A stretch of 64,000 nucleotides of DNA, taken from positions 682,001-746,000 of the forward strand of contig OZ037769.1 of NCBI GenBank assembly GCA_964035545.1. Reading direction: 5' to 3'. The position numbers were made by a program, and so were the translations under genes. The notes beneath the pieces were generated by a model, which saw only the letters and a list, made by a program, of their open reading frames with translations, searched no databases and had not been told where the DNA came from. Positions within the stretch are counted from its first letter, which is position 1; the number at the start of each line of letters is the position of its first letter. Source of the DNA: Bugula neritina. Taxonomy: Eukaryota; Animalia; Bryozoa. Positions 33,301 to 46,100 of this stretch are shown piece by piece.

Positions 33301-36300
33301 AATTCTTTAATAATAACTTTAGTTGAGTGTGACATCACTGATCTCTCCATCAATAACTCCACTACTAACATCACATCTAAAGGAGGGACAACTCACACAT
33401 ATGTCTACCAAGAAGTTCTATCATATGACTGTTACTATGGTTACAAGAAAACAAACATGGATGTGATACAGTGTCAACATGATAAAACTTGGTCCAGTAT
33501 TCCAGAATGTACAGAAGCAGGTGATTATTTAGAGGTTTAAATTACTAGTATAATACAATTGTTCTATTTGCCTAAGTTTATTACTATTTCTTGTATATAA
33601 AAGAATAAACCAAACAAAAATTTCCTTTTTATTATTTTGCAATTAGTTTAATTTGTTTTGTGTCATATTTCCTATACTTTGTAATGTCTTTTACAACAGC
33701 TAAGTGTGACCCAGCAGCACTAAACCTATGTAACGGAGACATACAGACAGACATATATTACGGAGGAGATAATCTACTCTACTCATGTAATGATGGTTTT
33801 ACTAAGACTACAGATCCTGTCTGTACAGAGTCTGGTAACTGGTCACATGACCCTGGTTGTTTGTTGGTCAGAGATGGTAAAGTTTCTGCTTCTGGTTCTG
33901 GAACTACTGAAAGCACAAGAATGATTAGTTATCTAGCCCTGCAGTCTCAAAGGGGTAAGTGATGATGTTAAACCATAACACAGGCAATGTTACATAATTA
34001 TAATAATAAATGGTGGATAGAATTATTCGATCACTCCCTGCAGTAATATAATATTTATCATAAGATATTTTATTTGTCAGATAACAAAAAATTAATAAGA
34101 TAAATATGATTTTATTGATGTAATAGCTTATGACTTCGTCCAGAGCACTACTTGAAAACATAACTTCAAATCATACTCAGCGATAAATGACTTTGTTTAT
34201 TCACGTTACTAGGCAACAGTATACTAACTACTAATGTTAAATTTACAATGAGTCTGTCTGTCTGTCCTGCATCACTTTTGATATTTCATTCTATATATTT
34301 TTGATAGTTTAAAATCCCACTGTTGGAGCATACCTTTGCTAATTTTGAACTGCATTCTCTCAACTGTGAAATATTTGTGTATTCAGATAGTTTGATTGGA
34401 GTGGTGGTAGTTCTGGTACTAGCAGTGGTTACACTGAGTAGTATTATTCTCTACTTGAAAAGAAGTAGTCTGCCCTGTAGAGACACCCCATCTGATAAAC
34501 ATGAAGTATATGAAGAACCTATGTCTACTCGACCCTCAAACTCAGCAAATCCTCCCACCAACACTTACGAGCAGCTCACCACCTCTCCATCATCAGCATA
34601 TGAACAACTTCAACTGAACACAACAGTTCCTCTTTATGAGAACAGACAGGATATGACATCACCAGCCATTGAGATTTAGAACAGATGTTATATATTATAC
34701 CAGTAACTGCTTGCTCATGATGATTTGACATTTATTTTTACGGCTTAATCTTACAACTGAGCAACTTTACGTGCTTTTATTCAGTGTCTATTAAGTAATT
34801 TTCCAAGACGATATGAGGTTGTGTTCTCAAGTCAACCTTGCAAATTTATACATGTAGTTTAGAATGAAATATTTATTTTTTATTGCTAAAATGACATAAC
34901 CATTTGATTATACATAAGCATTACATTATTAATATATTGCTAAGAATGTGTGCACTGCATGCCACACCAATGATCATTTGTTATACATTTCTTTCATTTG
35001 ATTTATATTTTTTACAAATTGATCAACTAAAATGTTTGCGTAATATTTAGTTTACAGAGCAGAAGGTTTTTGTTTCATTTTAGAAATAGAGAGCTAGTAC
35101 AGAATTGGTGATATTTTGCTAGCAGCAACTTTGCAAATCAGCAACATGAATTTTTTAATAGAACACTCGTAACATATTTCTAAATAGAAATATGATAGGG
35201 AATATATTTTACAAAATAGCAAACATTTTAAATTGTAGTGCAACAAATTTTCATTATTTATTAAAACCAATAAATACACACTATATAATATTGCTTTGAG
35301 AATTGTATTGTAACTATAAGTGCCTTGTATTAATAACTATGTGCATGGGCTGGAATAAAGGTGTTCTTTGAAGTCCATATAACTGTGGGTTATCAGCCCA
35401 TTTTTCTACTAGCAATACTGATACATACTAAATGGCAACATTATAGTCTCAGCTCCACACCTCACAATAGCATGCTTAGGGGTCCTCATAACTACACAAC
35501 AACTAGTTATATTTCGCTAAACCTGTGAATAGCGCGAGTGCATAGTTACAAGCTGTTTGGGGAGCGGCTGAGTACCCACCCAGACTAGCCAAAGTTACAA
35601 CTCTTTGCTATATTATCATCTCAATTCATATACAGTTTCTACTTAACACATAAATAAGAATAAGAATTGGACTCTGCATGTTATATTATATAGTTTAGAC
35701 ATACAGTAGCTTTGCTCGATGGAGTTGTCTTCCTATAAGAGCTGTCAGTCTACAAGAGAGGATAATTCTCTTTACCCATTAATTAGGTTAGTGAGATATA
35801 ATATGTTATTATATAATAATAGTATATATAACATTACATATAATATATTATTATATATAATATTATATACAATAATATATATAATACTATATATATAATA
35901 CATTATATATAATTTTATACATAATATTATTATATATTACTATATATATAGTGTTATATATAATATTATTATATAATATTACATAATAATATTATATATA
36001 TTATTGTATAATGGTTTGTTTCATTTAGGTTTTCAGTATCAACGATTTCATCGAATACCTGTTTTCAGATATTGCATCTGTGAGTTATTAACTAAATTTG
36101 ACAGCATGAGATAGCTATAATATTGCAATGGCTATCTTTTAATTGTCAAAACTCAACACAGCATATCATGAAGTTGCTGAATCCCAAGGGAGAAAGCTGC
36201 ATTTACTCCTGCCAGCTGATTAAAGTTATTTTACAGAAGTGAACTTGCTGCCAAATGACAGTGATGCTATTTGTTGCGGATATGCAACTGCAAATGTTTG

Positions 36301-37215
36301 GGCATTTAATCCTCAGGGAAAAAAGGGTTAAATAACCTACATTACACTAAGCCCTATAGAATACAAAAAGCAGGCAAAGTAAGGAACTATGCAGGGGAGA
36401 GTTGTACCCGCCCCTTATTTTCTTGAGGTCTCCTGAAACATACGTCTACTCCGACCATAACATCTCATTACATTCACAAACTTATGTGAAGTTAGAGGTG
36501 AGCTGATGAGTGGTTTGATGTAAAGCTGGTGACAAACTCCATGAAAGTAAAAAAGCGGTTAATAGCCATTGTTATTATTTACTTGAATAACTTCGAAGAT
36601 TATGGTTTTTTCCGAGTCACATGTTTAAATTTTTCAGGTTTATACATTTGAGTTATCCATTTTTTGTAGCAATGTAAATCTTAATACACATTACTTTTAA
36701 AAATGTGAATATCAATGTAAACTATTACAATTCATTTTTTGTCAAAAAATCTCAACAGCTACCTAAATTAATTTTATGCTTCTGTAGATAAAACAAGCAA
36801 GTAATTATATTTATGCTTTATTTTAAAAATTGACAGTTCACTCAATATATTTACTTTTCTCTGATTTAAAAGTGCAGTCTGAAATTAGAAACCAAGTTTT
36901 AAAAACTTGCAAGAGGATGTTTACTGGCAATTTATTTAATAAAATCTATGGGGGAATATGAAGCTTCAGGGCATTTTATCTTCTACAATTAATACTCCTC
37001 TTGATCATATCCCCTCCCCACCCCCCCCTCCCCCCTATATTTCTCCAAACCTTGACTACTTGTAACAAATATTCCCTTTACAAGAAGCTGGTCTTACAGG
37101 TGAGCCTGCATCTCCTCTCGTATTCAGAGTTAAAATACACCTGCATGAAGGCTGGTTCCTGGGCCACAATTTTCAAATCCTAATCATGAATATAGACAAT
37201 AGTTTCAACCAAGCA
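30301..37215 (+). repeat. Segmental duplication: 30301-~32855 matches ~18574-21500 (minus the MITE); ~32855-37215 matches ~25680-30100
   Basis: Near-identical introns, UTR and intergenic DNA read by eye. Confidence 0.9.
31429..34679 (+). CDS. Receptor gene R7 (R5/R6 chimera): SP-CUB-like x2-CCP x4-TM-tail with intact ITAM-like motif, ~602/628 aa
   Basis: Exons 31429-31431, 31577-31967, 32128-32475, 32643-32843, 32936-33133, 33323-33520, 33700-33876 (or -33954), 34387-34679. Tail has YEEP, YEQLTTSPSSAYEQL, YENR. Confidence 0.88.
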
Positions 37216-40146
37216 ACTCTTTGATACGTACACAGATGCACCAGCTTTACCTCAGCCAATAGGAGTGATAGTTGCTCTTATTTGAATTGTTATGCAATAC
37301 TATAAACTATAAATAAGAATTACGTAACAGCTTCTTTTATTACGATTTGACCCTATGATTAGTGGTAGAATCTTTCTTTTGACAGCAGCCTAAATCAACA
37401 GCTAGTCTCGCCTAGTCAAAAGTGAATTGGTGCAGGTACGTTTGCAAATTATATATTTCATCCCTTAAATTAAAATATACCTGTAGAATATTGAGATTGT
37501 ATAGTAGGTAATGGAAGCTCGGGTTTGCGTGTAAAACTAAATACTAAATAGTTATATCCAAAACCAACACAGGGACTTTAGTCTCTGCTCACATTAACAG
37601 AGTCACACTTGTATGGTAATTAGTTATTGCTATTAGTCATTGATTCATATTGATATGCTACTTAATAAACATGAATATATAATATTTATGTTAATATATA
37701 ATAGTGTGATTTCTGTTTCACTTATCATCGTGGTAATTAGCAATTACTACTTTTCCATCACACTAGTAATTAAGCCTATTTGGTGTTCCTCAAAACTTCT
37801 TTAAAAAATGGATTTATTTTTTTCAAAATATCAGCAAGGTTAATGAAGCAAGGATTTTAATATATCTATAGTGATATACTGAAGGTAAAATGGTTTTGTT
37901 GTAAAATAGAAATGCTAACTTAGGCCTAGACTTTGTCCATCAAATTTCATCAGCTTATATCTGTTTTGACCAAATTTAAAAGCTTTCTATTTAAATTGTT
38001 AAAGTTGTGTTACTTTTAAATTTAAACTTCAATAACTACTTACTATGCCAAGGATTGTTTTAAAATGGCAGTCAATTTAAAATGTGTTTTCAAAGTACTA
38101 TAATATATTTTGTCAGGTGGTTGATTGTCATGGTTGCAATGGAGATCAATAATAGCAAACTTCAGAGTAGAAACAAATAATGTATATTGTCCAATACTCT
38201 AGGAAACAAAGACTTGAATTAAATAATGTATCACTAATAATAAATTACATAGTCCAAACAACCTTCTGATCTAATCAAGACCTTAAGTTTGTAAATATCT
38301 TTGCATGTAAATCAGAATTATTATTCTTTGTTGAACGTTATTGAAGCTACACTGAAGTAGATATAATAATTATATAAAGCAGCCCAGCCAGGCCCCCTAT
38401 CAAGTGTTTTGTTATGGCTAGTGAATAGTAATTATACAGTATGAAAAACATTATATTCAAATATCCCATTTCAAGATTCTACCACTTATTTCATTCACAG
38501 TGAGACGAATGGTGAATCCACTAATAATTATGTAATCATCTCTTTTCAACCACTTGTTATCTCTTGTCACTGTGTTATTAATCAAGTGTTTATGTTACTG
38601 AGTGTTACGTAATATCACTTGATATAATAATACAGAGACAGTTGGCCTGCCCTGGGTGACTGGCAACAGGTGTTCTATATTATTGGGTGTTTCTTAGCCT
38701 CACTCTGATTTGCTTGTAGATATAAACGGCATGGTCAATGAGAATTAGCTCAGTAGTCTGTTTTCAGTCTTCTAAGGCTGTTCGTACTTCCCATGCATCT
38801 GCCTACTCTTCCGAAGCCATACTTTGATATTGTGGGTACGTATGTTCTTAGACTCTATTGTAGGTATTTAATTTCATATACTGTGTTGTGATATTCAATT
38901 TTACTTGAAATATTTTAAATCAATCTCAAGGATTTGCTCAACTAGAACAGTTTTAACTTGCATGTAAAATATGAATGGTTATAGCCAATGGTAAAGTGAT
39001 ATGTTGGCTAACTGCAACACTTCTTTAGTCATTCTAGTGCTGTGACATTCTTTGAATTTCATATACTTTCTTCTCAATCATACAAATTCATTCTTGGTAT
39101 GATATCCCTTGTTTGTACAAGCCCAACTCTTGGTTGAATACTTAAACACACTTTAGCTTATAAATTATAGCGTAGAATGTAGGCTTTTAAAAACCATCTG
39201 ACTGCTTTTTAGCTTGTCATCCGTGCTTTTGTTTAACTTGTTCTGCATTTTCTATAGGCAGATGGGAGTTAACAGAAGACTGAGTTTCTAGAATTAGATC
39301 TGCAGAAAGCAGAGCGGGCATCTACCACCCCACCCTAACCTTGCCATGGATGGCACTAGTCGAATTCATGTCTATGTTTAGTTACATGAACGCTACTATG
39401 CCATACACTGCAAGTGACAGTTCCCTCAACAGATACAGCCTTGTTTCTTGGTGACTTGATGGAGAAAAGTTGGAATTATTTGCTCTTGATATGTAATGGC
39501 AGCTGAAGTTACAGCTTATAAATAAGTTACCATATTATATGTCATGGAAATCTGTAGATATTCCCATTTCACATATTATTATATACTTATATACTGTATT
39601 ATATACTAACATGCTATATCATATTATATACTGGTATACTATATTACACTCATATACTACATCATGAAGTGTCATTGGTTAAGCTATCATACGGCTGTAC
39701 CATATTGAATACAGCTGTTACACAATTCTTTGACTTCTATGACTTTGTGTTATTTCATACACAACAGGCCACTTTGTACTTCTCTTGCAAGTAATAACTT
39801 TTCTTGTTGAACAACTTATTTCAGTTTTAAAATCTATCCCAATTCTGTTTATTTTATACAACTTCAACTTGATTTGTCTTAAAAATTTATTGCCGGATAT
39901 TGGCGTATGCTCTTTTTCTAGTCACCTTAGACTCTGTATAAAACAGGGAATTCTATTTGAAATCACTTCAGGCAAAGCCAGTTATATCTAAACATGCATG
40001 TCAAACAACAAAATATATTTTAATATTGGAAAATTATCACAAGTTGTAAAAATATCACATTACAGAAAGTTTTAAAAAGTTTAATAAAAAGTATAACCGT
40101 GACACACATAGGTTTGGTTTCTTTACTAAGCTAGTAAACAGATTGT

Positions 40147-43100
40147 CTATTCAGTGGCAGGAGGCTCATTGGCAGCGGGTTCAGAAACTGCGGGTGTTTC
40201 ATCTGCAACAGCAGTTTGCTCGACATCTCCTGCAGGTGCTTGCGCTGTGTCAGCAGGAGCTTGCTTGGTGTCGGCAGGAGGTTGAGAGATGTCAGCAGGT
40301 GCCTGCTCAGCCACTTCTCCAGTTTCTTTCATGGCCACCATCTCTTCGCCAAGACCTTTGTACTCTTCTGGTTTCCTGCCCTTACAATCTACTGCTTCGG
40401 GATCTGATTTACCTTCAACTAGAATCTTCACTATAGCCTCTCTCTCAGCATCTCCACTAATACTCTGTGCATAGTGCAGAGCTGTTCTGTTCATCTACAA
40501 CACAGAGACATGTACCTGTTGAACCTTTAGTTATGGTGAATACAAGGGCATGCAACTCTAGGGAGCTTTTCGGGAATTCCTAGCAGCACAAGGACTTTTC
40601 AAGTTACGTGTATAATTGGTAGTTTGAGTAACAGAGTAGAGATGAAACCAACTTAACATATTATTCAAGACAATCTCAAGACTTCATGAAAGTTGTAAAG
40701 AATAAGTTGAGCAAGTTAGAAGTCTTTTTAACAGTAAAACGCTGCACAACTAATAAAATTTTAAAGAGTTAGTTTAGAGATACTGTTTTCATGTGAGCAG
40801 TCAGTTACAGAAATGTGCTGCAGCCAAAATAGTCATATCATAACATCGAATATTACAATGAGGTTGTATGAAATGCGTACATGGTCACGAATATCCACTA
40901 ATCCAGGAAATGATGTCACTAAGTACTGGACGGCTTCTGGTTTCTCATAGAGTACTGCCAGGTGGATGGACACTGCACCATGGGAGTTCAATCTCGTCAC
41001 AGCCACTGACTTCTTGTCTAAATGCTCTTTGACTGCAATGATGTCTCCAGTTTTGATCACTGTGCACATCTTTGCTACTGTATCCTACAAACATGGAGTA
41101 TATTCTCAGTTGGAGTTGTCAGAACATATATTTGCACTCCTTGATTTAAAGTAGTGGCAGTTTATGAAGCAATTGGCTTTAATTGATAATAACTAATGAG
41201 AGTGAGCTATATAGAGTGAGAGCAAATAACCATGGTGAGACAATAACTTATTCAAAATAAAAGCAACTTTTACTTTAGGCTTCAGAAACTTAGCGTCAGC
41301 AATTACTGGGGAGGGTAGATCTACTATCTATAAACTCTTTTCTCAACTTACAGAGAATTGGGCTACTTTAGAAAGGAACTCTGTGGAAGGTTCTGGAAGT
41401 TCTTGACCTTCTGTGTTGATGGAATCCAGCGGGTAGCCGTTTTCCATGAGCTTAGTGAGTGTAGAGATATCTGATGACTTCAGCAGATTTAGCACATAAT
41501 CATCTGAAAGATAATATTCTTTCTTAAAAAGTAACACAATAGATAAATAAATTAAAAAACCAGTAATATTTTGCATCTATAGCGTCCATTACACAATTTT
41601 CTCTCGAGTAACAGGAAGTTCTTACCTAGACACTGTCTGATCTCGTCTGAAGGAGCCAAATCTCTCGCTGTCTTCCCGTCTGAGTCTCTCTCCGTCAGCA
41701 AATCTGGTCCTGAGGAGCTGAGAAGAGCCAAGATGTCCTCTGCAGAACCTTCAGATGTGACCTGCAGTCAGCATACAACAGTGTCAATCTGCAGCAATTT
41801 CAGATAAAACTTGCACATGCTATTAAACTTCTTCGATTTCAGTTCCGTGTGAAGAATGAGAAATCATGAGAATGAGATCATAAATGAGAATAATCCTTAC
41901 CATGGTGTGTAGGGCAGTCCTGCCAGACTCATCTTTCTCTGTCAAGGTCCTAGGGCTAACTGCAGATATGACATGATCAGTTGTCTCCTCGTCCTCTGCT
42001 ACTGTAGCCAACTCCGGAGGCTGGGCTAAGCTAATGGATTCCTTCGCTCTACACCCAGACATAATCATACATTGTGTAAAGGTTTAGCATCTTCAGGGTA
42101 TACAATATACATTCTCTTTATACATGCGCACTATACCATTTTCAAGTATATGATATTTGTTTATACTTGGTAACCTAGGAACACTCACTTCCTTTGGTAA
42201 CTTAGCAACACTCACTTCCTCTGTCTCTCTTCCTGCTCTCTCTGCTTCTTAGCTTCTTCTTCTGCTTTTCTCTGTCTCTCCATCTCCAACTCTTTCAGTT
42301 CAACAGCTTCCTTTCTTCTCCTAATTCTGTTTTCTTCCTCTTCTACCTTTCTCTGTTCCTCCATCTCTGCTTCCTTCACTGCGTCTATTTGCTACAAGTA
42401 TTTGGTGTTGAGTTATGTATCACATGAGTCACACTAAAACACTTTTCTACACTTTCGGTTAGTTCAATAATCATAGGTGAAGTCAAATATAACAATAATT
42501 AATAAATATTAATTAATATCAAAAAATGCTTAAAAAATTAAAATGCCAACAGTTATAGTACTAGTTATAGCTTTGAATGAAGTACTGTGAAGGATATCCC
42601 AGCTAAAGATAACCTTTCACTCACCCTCTGATGAAAGTTCAGGTTAGACTTGTGTTTGTATAGCCACTGGGCCAAGTACTCAATAGGATCCCAGGGGCGT
42701 TTCTCAGCCACCTCGGCAAGAGCTGCGGTTAGTGGAGTTCCTAGAACCTCAGCTATGTACTTCGCATCAAGTGTCTCAGGGGGCGGGGCTTTTTTCGCGG
42801 CGGCCATGATGACAGGAGCGGGCGCAGCAGCAGCTGGTCGGGCTACAAAGTATTACCTTGAACTTAGTCACAGGAAGTAGTATGCTGACTTAAAGTGCAG
42901 ACGAGTTGTATTTCTTCTCAAACAAGTTACTGAGAGTTATCTTCTCTTTGCAACATGGAGTAATTATGTTACTAACAGGCATCCTTCTGATAATTTTTAC
43001 AAACTTATAAAAGTGTATAATTATTTCGGAGTCAGGCAAATAAAATCAACAGTTTCAGAAGCTAAAAATTATTTCTGCTTTATTCAACACTTCCAGCAAA

Positions 43101-46100
43101 ATAACTTCAGTTTGAATGTACAGTTTCATCAACTGTGAAGTCATGCTTTCACATTATAAAAAAGAATGTCGGTATAACTGCTGAGCCTATTCTTTAAGTA
43201 ACAATTCCTTTACCAGGTGCAGACGTATCGGCTGTTCCAGCAGCCTTAGCAGACTTGGCTCGTTCTGAGACGGCTGTAGCAGGTCTAGAAGGTGGGGTGA
43301 CCAACAGTTCCTCCCTTAAAGCATCTATATCTAGTATGAAATCCGAGCTATGGTCCTTGTAGTACCTGAAACATTCAGCTCTAAGTTTAAAACTGTTTGA
43401 GTAACAATATCTAGTCACAAGAATAATTGAGGAGTAATAACTATATAAACTTGATTAAAATCATTGATAACAATACTTAAAAAAGTTTATTAGAATAAAA
43501 TATATACAAAGAAATATTTACATGTTTTATAACAATAAATAAAGAACTATAAAGAAGAAAATGTAGACAAAAAAACAGACAGACATACAGATAGACAGAC
43601 ACACAGACAGACGTTGTTACTCACTCCGGGTCGTTGCCTTCTCTATCCACAGTGTGACAGTCACCACCTGCTTTCTTCAGAGACTCGTAGAGTTCTTTGT
43701 CGACAGCGGCAGCGAAATGCATGGGAGTCAGCCCAGACTGCGCGAAATCAATATTAACAAATTAGTACTGTATATACCCTATCTTACCCTTAGCATGATT
43801 GTTACATTATATTCTCTATATTTCAGTCTATACTGTATGTAAAAATGATTAGATATGTGACAAATGTATTATTTTAACACCTGAAAGTGGAAAAGGTAAA
43901 CAGGCAAGAGAGCTGTCTGTCTGTTTGTCTGTCTACATGCAGATTACCCAGTAAAAGTAGTTGGTTTAGTACAGGTTTTACAGTAATAAACAAAATGAAA
44001 TCAGTTGAAACAATCGGTATCCAAGTACAGTAAACACTGCGTCTTGTAACGTATTACTACTCTATTGTTTCAGGTACAATGAAATCAATAACTGTACTTG
44101 AATCAGCAGACCATAAGCAATCTCAGATTTAATATTGATGTCAATTTCTTAGAAGAATGCGACACGCTGACAGAGTTGCAGTTGACAGCGACGAGGACAG
44201 AGAGAGCATGTAGTATGGTGCAAAGTACTACACGCTGTACACAAGTTGAAAAGGTGAGTTTCGCTATGATATAATACACTTGCATGGTAATTTACATTGA
44301 GTACAACAACCAATCTATAAACTAGATAGACTATATAATCTACAGGTTGTTTATATAATATGCATATAGTCTATATAATATATAGACTATACAGCCTGTA
44401 GACTACACAATAATTTATAGACAGTCTATATGATAATGATGATGTCATACTCACGCCCTCACGAATATCCATAGTCGTCTTAAACTGTTCAGCAATCCAC
44501 ATAGCAATGGCTGTGTGTTTGAGTATGACAGCTTTGTGTAGAGGAGTTAATTTACTAGCGTCAGGCATGACAGCAAGCTCTCTTCTGTTTAGTGACATTT
44601 TCACTGTCCTCAACTCTCCCGACAACACTGCATCGTGGACTTTGTATATCATTTCCTGAAAAACATGGCGGTTTGAAATTGACTTTCAAATACAACATCT
44701 CATTTCATAGAGTAAAATTCTCATTTCTAGTCATATGAATATTGAACACTGCTAGTTAAACTATTAGCCAATCAAAAACTGTGTACATGCTCCATCTTTC
44801 TACCAATCACAACTCAGCTCACATATTACTAAAATATATGTTCAATAATATTGGCAGAGTAGCTGTCTTTTATACTTTTGGTTGTCATTATTATATTATC
44901 AGCTTCACTGTGTACTATAGGTATGAGTCATAAACGATCCAATCATTCTCACTCACAATTGACTCGTACTGCATACTACTACCTACTCTCGCTGAATACT
45001 ACTAGTGTTTCTCACTCAGTACTAATAGTGACTCTCAATTGAGTACTGGTAGTGACTCTCCCTGTGCATTACTAATGACTTTCACTTCCTACTACATGTA
45101 GTTACTCTTACTGCATACTGCAAGTAACTGTCACTACATACTGCAAGTAACTGTCACTACATACTGCAAGTAACTGTCACTACATACTGCAAGTAACTGT
45201 CACTACATACTGCAAGTAACTGTCACTACATACTGCAAGTAACTGTCACTACATACTGCAAGTAACTGCCACTACATACTGCAAGTAACTGTCACTACAT
45301 ACTGCAAGTAACTCTCACTACATGCTGTAAGTAACTGTCACTACATACTGCAAGTAACTGTCACTACATACTGCAAGTAACTCTCACTACATACTGCAAG
45401 TAACTGTCACTACATACTGCAAGTAACTGTCACTACATACTGCAAGTAACTGTCACTACATACTGCAAGTAACTGTCACTACATACTATAATGATGACTC
45501 ACTGATGAGCTCTGTTTGAGTAAGTTACTCTCGTATGACGCAACGAATGCCTCCATATCTAGAGGATCAGCTTTCATTGCTGTCACATCGAGTCCATTAA
45601 TATCTTTTATCTGTTCGTCAGCCTTTGCATCCGTCAGTATTTTCACAATAGCTTCACCAACTTCTCCTTTTATACAAACAGCATAGTGGAGGGCTGTACG
45701 TCCCATCTGAAACATCAACACAGATATGTATTATGCCTATCATATAAGAGTCTATAATATATTGTTTTGTGTTAGCATTTAAGAAAGCAAGACAGCTTCA
45801 AGATTCAAAAGTTAGGTATGTATTTAGTTGCTTAAACTTCATTCCAATTAGTAACTTATATGGTTACTAAGTTTATGAATCTCACATGTTACATAATTGG
45901 AAAATTTTAGAATTGTGCTCCTTTCAAATTTGGTAGTAAAATTATAAACAATTTCTATTATATTGTGTCAGCAGTTATATTCTAAACTAAATACTTATGA
46001 CTAAAAGTAGAAGCATTAAAAAATCAGCTGTGAAAGTAGTGAACAATCAGGTCATACCTTTGGTTTTAGAGAAGCATACTATTCCCTTATTAGCTGGCAA

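Noticed and set aside
45118-45487. 23-bp repeat array as a CRISPR
   Set aside because: No unique spacers, no cas genes, eukaryotic intron; an ordinary minisatellite.
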